The position numbers and the translations under genes are program-made. A DNA stretch of 33,047 nt. Origin: Candidatus Nanopelagicales bacterium (GTDB lineage: Bacteria; Actinomycetota; Actinomycetes; S36-B12; GCA-2699445). This document shows, piece by piece, positions 1 through 6,094 of the stretch. Below the pieces are notes generated by a model. It made no database searches and was not told where the DNA came from. It saw only the letters and a program-made list of their open reading frames with translations. Where the stretch lies: positions 1 through 33,047 of the forward strand of contig JAOZTQ010000001.1 of assembly GCA_029939085.1 (NCBI GenBank), read 5' to 3'. Each line of letters begins with the position of its first letter. Within the stretch, counting starts at the first letter, position 1.

Positions 1-185
1 CCGTGATGCTCCACCATCCACTTCGCCGAAACGCTGCGGCAATCAGCCTTCGGCTCTAGCACACACGTGTTGTCCTTCTTGCCGATCACTACCGGTGGAT
101 CCGCGGACACCACCCCCGGCGCCAACAACATACTCGCGGTCAAACCACCCGCAGCAACAACACCGGCCAACAACCGAAAACGCAT
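1..185 (-). CDS. N-terminal part of a secreted protein of unknown family; the gene runs off the left edge of the window
   Basis: My own reverse-strand translation from the ATG at 185..183 gives MRFRLLAGVVAAGGLTASMLLAPGVVSADPPVVIGKKDNTCVLEPKADCRSVSAKWMVEHH. This has a basic N-terminus, a hydrophobic core and a VSA/D cleavage-type site, i.e. a Sec signal peptide. The frame is open to position 1. It is not in the ORF track because it is truncated. No clear Shine-Dalgarno sequence. Confidence 0.4.
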   Translation of the reverse strand, partial: MRFRLLAGVVAAGGLTASMLLAPGVVSADPPVVIGKKDNTCVLEPKADCRSVSAKWMVEHH

Positions 186-320
186 AACACTATTGGACCA
201 CACGACCCACGCCTACCCTGTAACGAGTGAAGAACACGTCGAGGGCGGTCACAGTCTCCCGACCAGCAAACCGCGTCAACCGCATCGACTACGGCGACCC
301 CAGCAGGTGACCACGGGCGG

Positions 321-704
321 TCATCCGCTGCTGGTCAGCTCAGCTCGGGCCTCGAAGTGTGCATGGCACGTTGGAGTTTCGTTGGGCTTTCCAGGTCCGG
401 GTCCACGTAGCCTTTTCTCTCCTGGTGCCTTGGCGATGATCGTGGTCTTGATCTTCAGGCCTTCCCCGCAGTTGGGCGTCGCCTTCACCGTCACCTTCAC
501 ACCAGCAGGTGCTGCGACACTACTGCCACCAGTTGCTGTTGTCTCGGAGGCCGAGGCGATACCACCAGCGGGAACCAACAGCCCCACCACAGCCACACCC
601 ACCGTTAGCCTCCGACGAGACGAACGAGAATTGCGGAAATTGCTTGAGTTAGCAGAAATGCGAGCCATGACCCACCACCATCTCTTCCGGTCCGTCGCAG
701 ACAC
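321..704 (-). CDS. Small exported protein of unknown family with a Tat-like signal peptide; likely true start is M13 at 668
   Basis: The ORF track protein contains MARISANSSNFRNSRSSRRRLTVGVAVVGLLVPAGGIASA/SETT. This has a twin-arginine motif (SRRRLTV), a hydrophobic core and an ASA cleavage motif. The mature part is about 85 aa with two Cys (PNCGEG, TPTCHAHF). The opposite-strand ORF 67..786 looks like a Pro/Thr/Arg-rich antisense artefact. Confidence 0.5.
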   Translation of the reverse strand: MSATDRKRWWWVMARISANSSNFRNSRSSRRRLTVGVAVVGLLVPAGGIASASETTATGGSSVAAPAGVKVTVKATPNCGEGLKIKTTIIAKAPGEKRLRGPGPGKPNETPTCHAHFEARAELTSSG

Positions 705-855
705 ACCGCAACGAACGCCACCAGTTACCTATCTGGCGTCCCACCGCCCGATGAAACTCAGGGTACAACCCCCACTGCCCGCCTAACAAAAAACACCGCA
801 CATCATCACGCAACGCACACACCCCAGCACAGACAGCAACACACCCCAACGCCAC

Positions 856-887
856 ATGCGGCGCCGAGTCGAAACTCGACGCCGCAT
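856..887 (-). terminator. Hairpin downstream of nrdJ (14-bp stem, 4-nt loop); likely the nrdJ transcript terminator or 3' end structure
   Basis: The arms are atgcggcgccgagt (856-869) and actcgacgccgcat (874-887), with loop cgaa. 13 of 14 positions pair. The single C/A mismatch on the + sense becomes a G-U wobble on the minus-sense RNA, so the stem is complete only for the nrdJ-sense transcript. The sequence after it is G/U-rich with no clean U tract. Confidence 0.45.
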
Positions 888-930
888 AGTGACGTTCACA
901 TCAACGGGACAACACCCCAGCCCCCGCATC

Positions 931-1011
931 GGAAATTGATGTCCAAATCCCGGAAATTAATGTCCAAAAAGCAGAAATTGATGTCCACTATCGCTGGAAA
1001 TTAAATGTCCA
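931..1011. repeat. Four tandem, phased copies of GGAAATTRATGTCCA (imperfect 14-bp palindromes) immediately 3' of nrdJ
   Basis: Copies: 931-945 GGAAATTGATGTCCA, 952-966 GGAAATTAATGTCCA, 973-987 AGAAATTGATGTCCA, 996-1011 GGAAATTAAATGTCCA. Start-to-start spacing is 21, 21 and 23 bp. The region 931-1017 is about 36% G+C by my count (31/87). Confidence 0.85.
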
Positions 1012-1017
1012 TTTACA

Positions 1018-3855
1018 TCAGGAGCAGCCGCTGGTTGCTCCGCACCCCTCGCAGACATAGCAGGAACCAGCAGGCCGCATCTTGATGCCGCAGGTCAGGC
1101 ACAACGGGGCGTCCGCAGACTTCCCGGTGATGACCTCCAAAAGTTCAGCAGTAGATCCGGCCGTGCCGATGCTCTCTGGCGTCGGTGCTGCCTCGTCCGT
1201 TTCGGCGTCATCGACCGCTGCAGATTGCTGTAACGCGGTAACGTCAACATCTTCTGCTTTGTCCTCTTCGACAGCCGGTGCCGCATTGGTCAAACTTTCC
1301 GACCTTTCCTCTGCTGTGAGGATGCCTAGCGCTGCTCGGTCCTCGTAGGGAAGGTAGTCCAGCGCCAACCTGCGGAAGATGTAGTCCATGATCGACTGAG
1401 CCATCCGGATGTCCGAGTCATCGGTCATCCCTGCAGGATCAAATCGCATGTTCACGAACTTGGAAACGAAAGCTTCCAAGGGAACGCCGTACTGCAACGC
1501 GATGGAGACTGCGATGGAGAACGCATCCATAACCCCAGCCAGGGTGGAACCCTGCTTGCCGAGTTTCAAGAACACTTCGCCCAGACCGTCGTCCGGGTAG
1601 GAGCCAGCGGTCATATAACCCTCAGCTCCAGCAACGGTGAAGGAGATCGTCTGAGACGGCCGCCGCTTGGGCAACCTACGCCGCACCGGACCGGATACAA
1701 CCGGTGTCTCACTGTCCTCTTCAGCGGAGCCCTTGGAATCAGACAATGGCTGACCGACCTTCGAGGCATCTCGGTAAATCGCGAGTGCTTTGAGCCCGTT
1801 GCGCCAGCCTTCCAGATAGATGTCTGCGACATCTTCCACAGTGGAACTGGTGGGCATGTTGACGGTTTTGCTGATCGCTCCTGAGAGGAACGGCTGAGCT
1901 GCTGCCATCATGCGGACGTGACCCATCGGCGAGATGGCTCGGTCTCCGACAGCGCAATCAAAGATTGCGTAGTGCTCCTCACGCAAGCCAGGTGCATCCA
2001 CAACATTGCCGTGTTCAGCGATGTGCTCCACGATCGCCTCGATGGTCTCTTCTGGGTAGGCCAGCTTCCGCAGTGCTCGTGGAATCGTGTTGTTCACGAT
2101 CTGCATTGAGCCACCACCGACAAGTTTCTTGAACTTGACGAGTGAGAAGTCAGGTTCGATTCCGGTGGTATCGCAGTCCATCATGAAGCCGATAGTCCCG
2201 GTCGGAGCAAGCACGCTGGCCTGAGCATTGCGCCAGCCATTCTTGTCGCCGATCTCTAGGCCGCGCTGCCATTCTTGGGCCGCGACACGCAACACATCGC
2301 GATCCAATGTCGACACCGAACGAACTGCATCGGTTGCAGCGGCGTGCTTCCGCATCACTCGGGTGTGAGCCTGTGCGTTGCGGGCGTAACCGTTGTAGGG
2401 ACCAACGATCCCAGCCAACTCGGCACTGCGACGGTAGGAAACACCAGTCATCAACGAAGTAATCGAGCCGGCTAGTGCTCGACCGCCATCGGAGTCGTAT
2501 GCCAGGCCAGCGGCCATCAACAACGCACCGAGGTTGGCGAAACCGATGCCCAACTGGCGGTAGTTCCGAGTGGTCTCACCAATCGCGTCGGTGGGGAAAT
2601 CGGCAAAGCAGATCGAAATGTCCATCGCTGTGATGACAACCTCGACAGCTTTAACGAACCGATCAACCTGGAAAGTGTCGTCATCACCCAGGAACTTCAT
2701 GAGGTTCAGCGACGCGAGGTTGCAAGAGGAGTTGTCCAGACTCATGTACTCCGAGCATGGATTAGAAGCTGTGATACGACCGCTCTCTGGGTTGGTGTGC
2801 CAATCATTGATCGTGTCGTCGTACTGAATACCAGGATCCGCGCAGGCCCACGCTGCTTCAGACATCCGCTGGAAGAGTTTCTTGGCGTTCACGGTCTCGA
2901 CAACGGATCCATCCGTGCGAGCTTTCAGCCCGAACTCATCGTCGTTCTCTACCGCACGCATGAACTCATCAGAGACCCGAACCGAGTTGTTTGCGTTTTG
3001 GTACTGCACTGACGTGATGTCTTTACCGCCGAGATCCATATCGAATCCGGCATCGCGTAGTACCCGAATCTTTTCTTCTTCCTTGACCTTGGTTTCGATG
3101 AACTCTTCGATGTCAGGGTGATCGACGTCGAGGACAACCATCTTGGCTGCTCGCCGGGTCGCGCCACCTGACTTGATAGTTCCAGCGCTGGCATCCGCAC
3201 CACGCATGAAGGACACCGGTCCCGACGCTGTGCCGCCTGAGGAGCGCAGTAGTTCTTTAGAGGACCGAATCCGGGAGATGTTCAATCCGGCGCCTGATCC
3301 ACCCTTGAAGATCAATCCTTCTTCGCGATACCAGTTCAGAATCGAAGTCATGGTGTCGTCGACCGCCAAGATGAAGCAAGCACTGACTTGCTGGGGGCTG
3401 TTTGTTCCGACGTTGAACCAAACTGGCGAGTTGAAGGAGAAATGCTGATGTAGCAGCAGCCAGGTCAGTTCCTGCTCGAAAATATCGGCATCCAGTTCGG
3501 TGGCGAAGTAACCGTTGTCGCGACCCGCGGTCACGTACTTGCCTACTACCCGGTCGATCAGCTGACGCAGTGACCACTCACGAGTGTCTGAGTCGAGAGC
3601 ACCTCGGAAGTACTTACTGGTCACGATCGTGGAGGCATTGATGCTCCACGACTCCGGAAACTCAACCCCGCGCTGTTCGAAGACTGTCTCACCGGTTTTC
3701 CAGTTCGACTGCACGACGTCTCGGCGCTCCCACGTCACTTCGTCATAGGGATGCACACCTTCGGTACTGAAGACGCGTTCAATGCTTAAACCGGCATCGC
3801 GCCCCTGTTCCGCATCTGGGACGCGGACTGATTCATCGTGTGGGGTTTGGGTCAT
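1018..3855 (-). CDS. nrdJ: Vitamin B12 (adenosylcobalamin)-dependent ribonucleotide reductase, class II
   Basis: 945 aa. Typical class II RNR core (NPCSEY active-site Cys region, CNLASLNL, GIGFANL). C-terminal Cys-rich tail CLTCGIKMRPAGSCYVCEGCGATSGCS, characteristic of actinobacterial NrdJ. AAGGAG lies 6 nt before the ATG. Sits directly downstream of nrdR, as in Streptomyces nrdRJ. Confidence 0.95.
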   Translation of the reverse strand: MTQTPHDESVRVPDAEQGRDAGLSIERVFSTEGVHPYDEVTWERRDVVQSNWKTGETVFEQRGVEFPESWSINASTIVTSKYFRGALDSDTREWSLRQLIDRVVGKYVTAGRDNGYFATELDADIFEQELTWLLLHQHFSFNSPVWFNVGTNSPQQVSACFILAVDDTMTSILNWYREEGLIFKGGSGAGLNISRIRSSKELLRSSGGTASGPVSFMRGADASAGTIKSGGATRRAAKMVVLDVDHPDIEEFIETKVKEEEKIRVLRDAGFDMDLGGKDITSVQYQNANNSVRVSDEFMRAVENDDEFGLKARTDGSVVETVNAKKLFQRMSEAAWACADPGIQYDDTINDWHTNPESGRITASNPCSEYMSLDNSSCNLASLNLMKFLGDDDTFQVDRFVKAVEVVITAMDISICFADFPTDAIGETTRNYRQLGIGFANLGALLMAAGLAYDSDGGRALAGSITSLMTGVSYRRSAELAGIVGPYNGYARNAQAHTRVMRKHAAATDAVRSVSTLDRDVLRVAAQEWQRGLEIGDKNGWRNAQASVLAPTGTIGFMMDCDTTGIEPDFSLVKFKKLVGGGSMQIVNNTIPRALRKLAYPEETIEAIVEHIAEHGNVVDAPGLREEHYAIFDCAVGDRAISPMGHVRMMAAAQPFLSGAISKTVNMPTSSTVEDVADIYLEGWRNGLKALAIYRDASKVGQPLSDSKGSAEEDSETPVVSGPVRRRLPKRRPSQTISFTVAGAEGYMTAGSYPDDGLGEVFLKLGKQGSTLAGVMDAFSIAVSIALQYGVPLEAFVSKFVNMRFDPAGMTDDSDIRMAQSIMDYIFRRLALDYLPYEDRAALGILTAEERSESLTNAAPAVEEDKAEDVDVTALQQSAAVDDAETDEAAPTPESIGTAGSTAELLEVITGKSADAPLCLTCGIKMRPAGSCYVCEGCGATSGCS

Positions 3856-3918
3856 TCTTCTTCTCCTTCATCGGATTTTTGGGAAGTCGGTGGGTTGGGT
3901 TACTTGGGTTCGTGACTG

Positions 3919-4377
3919 CTAACAGGCGGACTCGTGATCATCTCTAAGGAAACTGATCTCTTTTTCAAAATCGGTAAGTGAAGTAAAGCCGCGGTAGACC
4001 GACGCAAACCTCAGATAGGCAACCTCGTCGAGGCTACGTAACGGCGTCAAAATCGCTAACCCCACTTCACCAGTAGGAACCTCTGCTTGCCCCGCCTGAC
4101 GAATGGTGTCTTCGACCTGCTGGGCCAATAGCGCAAGCTCATCTTCGCTCACGGGCCGACCCTGACAAGCTTTGCGCACTCCAGTGATGACTTTGTCGCG
4201 GCTGAATGGCTCTTGTACACCACTTCGCTTCAGTACCTGCAGGCTCGGAGTCTCCATCGTGGTGAAACGACGAGTACAGGCTGAACATTGACGACGCCGA
4301 CGAATGCAGCCACCGTCATCAGCAGCTCGAGAGTCGACGACTCGCGAGTCAGTTGCTCGACAGAATGGGCAGTTCAT
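3919..4377 (-). CDS. nrdR: Transcriptional repressor NrdR (zinc ribbon plus ATP-cone)
   Basis: 152 aa. N-terminal zinc ribbon [17 protein letters not shown]...CSAC followed by an ATP-cone. Position immediately upstream of nrdJ. Confidence 0.95.
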   Translation of the reverse strand: MNCPFCRATDSRVVDSRAADDGGCIRRRRQCSACTRRFTTMETPSLQVLKRSGVQEPFSRDKVITGVRKACQGRPVSEDELALLAQQVEDTIRQAGQAEVPTGEVGLAILTPLRSLDEVAYLRFASVYRGFTSLTDFEKEISFLRDDHESAC

Positions 4378-4568
4378 CTGCTGTCTCAGCCCCTTCGTTG
4401 TGTATATCCCTGTGGCTTACCTGGGGATCACCTGTGAACTTCTGACCACAACCTGTGGATGAACGACACCGGTGTAACTACTAGATGTAGGGAACCTAGG
4501 CCTTTATGAGCAGATTGGCAAGACCTAATCCCTGCGTGTCGTGATCGAAGGGCAAAGTTGCCTAATAA

Positions 4569-5009
4569 TCAGTTACTCAGATTGGGCAATAGAACCGTGT
4601 CTCCGACCTGGAGAGCCGACGATTCGAGACTATTCAGCTGCGCAATTCGGTCCAAGGCTTCTCTGGGATCGCCGCCCATGGCGCTTCTTTCGGCCAGCGA
4701 CCACAAGGTGTCACCAGGAACAACGCGATACTCGACAAGCGCTGGGGCCACCTGCACGGCTGCCGCATCTACACCTGACGTGGCTGCGGGCTGTTCCGTC
4801 GCCTGTGCCAGATAAGGAAGGACCGCCCCCACGACCGCCGCGACTGCGACGACCGTCAAGACGGCCACAGTCAGCGCTACGAGCCAATGACCGGCCAACA
4901 CTAGAAAACCAGGCTTGCGATGATGTCCGCCGGAAGTACCCGATAGAACCGGCATCGCTGTTGCGAGCAGTTCACGCGACGACATTGATGTTGGGGTTAT
5001 TGCACTCAT
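4569..5009 (-). CDS. LysM-domain membrane protein, ChiZ/Rv2719c-like (SOS-inducible cell-wall/division factor)
   Basis: 146 aa. One TM helix (WLVALTVAVLTVVAVAAVVGAVL) and a C-terminal LysM domain (YRVVPGDTLWSLAER...IAQLNSL...LQVGDTVLLP). AGGAGG lies 7 nt upstream of the ATG. Divergent from lexA with SOS boxes in between, the same arrangement as M. tuberculosis lexA/Rv2719c/nrdR. Confidence 0.8.
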   Translation of the reverse strand: MSAITPTSMSSRELLATAMPVLSGTSGGHHRKPGFLVLAGHWLVALTVAVLTVVAVAAVVGAVLPYLAQATEQPAATSGVDAAAVQVAPALVEYRVVPGDTLWSLAERSAMGGDPREALDRIAQLNSLESSALQVGDTVLLPNLSN

Positions 5010-5108
5010 TTCACATCCTCCTACTTCGATTCCCGCTCCAACCGTGAGATCGGAACTGGAAACCTTCCGTCAATCCCACTTCTTGACTCTCGAAGTCGGA
5101 AATCAGGT

Positions 5109-5124
5109 TCGAACACCCGTTCGA
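5109..5124. promoter_or_regulatory. LexA operator (Cheo-type SOS box), perfect match TCGAAC-N4-GTTCGA
   Basis: TCGAACACCCGTTCGA read directly at 5109-5124, in the lexA / LysM-gene divergent intergenic region. Confidence 0.85.
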
Positions 5125-5165
5125 TCTATTTTCTATCAGGAGGGTGCGACACACGCAAAGTCTTT

Positions 5166-5181
5166 TCGAACATTTGTTTGA
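5166..5181. promoter_or_regulatory. Second LexA operator (SOS box), one mismatch
   Basis: TCGAACATTTGTTTGA at 5166-5181. The right half is GTTTGA versus consensus GTTCGA. Confidence 0.7.
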
Positions 5182-5333
5182 AAAGATCCGTTGAGCATGC
5201 CAGGGTATGACTAGAACAGCGCGAGATTATTTCTTGATTTTGAACTGCGCGCTCGACTCTGTCGAGGCTGCGTCAAATGTAAGAAGTCTGGCTAGTTCGC
5301 CACGGTTAGGGCCGTTGGTAATGCCGATCGCGG

Positions 5334-5373
5334 TATTGATCGATATTGATCGATATTGATCGGCATCGATCGG
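5334..5373. repeat. 10-bp tandem repeat (TATTGATCGA, 3 copies plus a degenerate 4th) in the lexA leader
   Basis: Units: tattgatcga (5334-5343), tattgatcga (5344-5353), tattgatcgg (5354-5363), catcgatcgg (5364-5373). Flanked by the inverted repeat ATGCCGATC (5321-5329) / GATCGGCAT (5358-5366). Confidence 0.8.
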
Positions 5374-5396
5374 AGGGCGGTTGTGATGCAGAGGAG

Positions 5397-6089
5397 ATGG
5401 CAATGAGCAAGGACTCGACGGTTAACGAAACGTCAGAGGCAATTCCGCTACTGACGAGCCGACAGCGCACGATTCTTGATTTCATTCGTGATCGGGTCAA
5501 TGAAAAGGGTTTTCCTCCCAGCGTTCGTGAGATCGGCGAGGCCGTCGGGCTCACCAGTACCTCCAGCGTCGCTCACCAGCTTCGAGTTCTCGAAGAAAAG
5601 GGTTACCTGCGACGAGACCCCAATACGCCTCGCGCAATGCTGGTCACCGACGATGCCCAGCCTTTACCCGAAGAAGAAACTGAAGAGCCAGTCAACGCCG
5701 CGGCGCTGCCAGATTCACTTGTCCCGGTCCCCCTATTAGGCCAAATCGCAGCAGGTGCCCCGATATTGGCTGATGAAAATGAAACAGAGACTTTCCCGCT
5801 ACCCCGCGAACTCGTCGGCGACGGCGACCTATTCCTGCTCCGAGTCAAAGGTGACTCCATGATCGATGCGGCTATCTGCGACGGTGACTTTGTCGTAATC
5901 CGTTCTCAGCAGACAGCCGAGAACGGCGAGATCGTGGCAGCACTGCTTGACGATGAAGCCACGGTCAAGACTCTGTCTCGACGAGACGGTCATGTCTGGC
6001 TACTTCCGGCTAATGATTCATATGCCCCCATCCCAGGCGATGACGCTCGAGTTATGGGCAAAGTTGTGTCAGTTTTCCGAAAACTGTGA
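5397..6089 (+). CDS. lexA: LexA repressor (SOS regulon); the maximal ORF starts at TTG 5346, but ATG 5397 or 5403 is more likely
   Basis: Winged-helix N-terminus ([57 protein letters not shown]). Ala-Gly autocleavage site (QIAAGAP). Catalytic Ser (KGDSM) and Lys (ATVKTL). GAGGAG lies just upstream of ATG 5397/5403. Confidence 0.95.
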   Translation: MAMSKDSTVNETSEAIPLLTSRQRTILDFIRDRVNEKGFPPSVREIGEAVGLTSTSSVAHQLRVLEEKGYLRRDPNTPRAMLVTDDAQPLPEEETEEPVNAAALPDSLVPVPLLGQIAAGAPILADENETETFPLPRELVGDGDLFLLRVKGDSMIDAAICDGDFVVIRSQQTAENGEIVAALLDDEATVKTLSRRDGHVWLLPANDSYAPIPGDDARVMGKVVSVFRKL

Positions 6090-6094
6090 TCCAA

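Noticed and set aside
67-786. 239-aa ORF on the + strand at the left end of the window
   Set aside because: The translation is Pro/Thr/Arg/Ala-rich with no motif, no RBS and no start context. It is antisense to an ORF with a convincing Tat signal peptide and AxA cleavage site. It looks like a typical open antisense frame in GC-rich DNA.
649-855. 68-aa Cys/Gly/Val-rich ORF on the minus strand overlapping the start of the secreted-protein gene
   Set aside because: It lies in the G/T-skewed tract and its composition simply mirrors the nucleotide skew. No RBS. It overlaps a better-supported gene.
939-1004. 21-codon ORF MSKSRKLMSKKQKLMSTIAGN created by the 21-bp repeat (each unit contributes GGAAA-N-ATG-TCC)
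   Set aside because: Nothing on the + strand lies downstream except the antisense of nrdJ. The in-frame periodicity follows automatically from a 21-bp repeat. It is kept only as an alternative within the repeat finding.
931-1011. Possible CRISPR array
   Set aside because: The repeat units are only about 15 bp with 6-8 bp between them, far below CRISPR repeat and spacer sizes. No cas genes are in the window.
3856-4568. B12 riboswitch or other riboswitch controlling nrdR-nrdJ, and a ydaO-type riboswitch upstream of the LysM gene (5010-5108)
   Set aside because: The regions are too short (63, 190 and about 100 nt) and I could not recognise the conserved B12-box or ydaO core sequences. NrdJ is a B12 user and is not normally B12-riboswitch controlled. 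A covariance-model scan would be the decisive test.
4541-5047. 168-aa + strand ORF overlapping the LysM gene
   Set aside because: Arg/Pro-rich with no RBS. The minus-strand frame has a strong AGGAGG RBS, a TM helix and a LysM domain.
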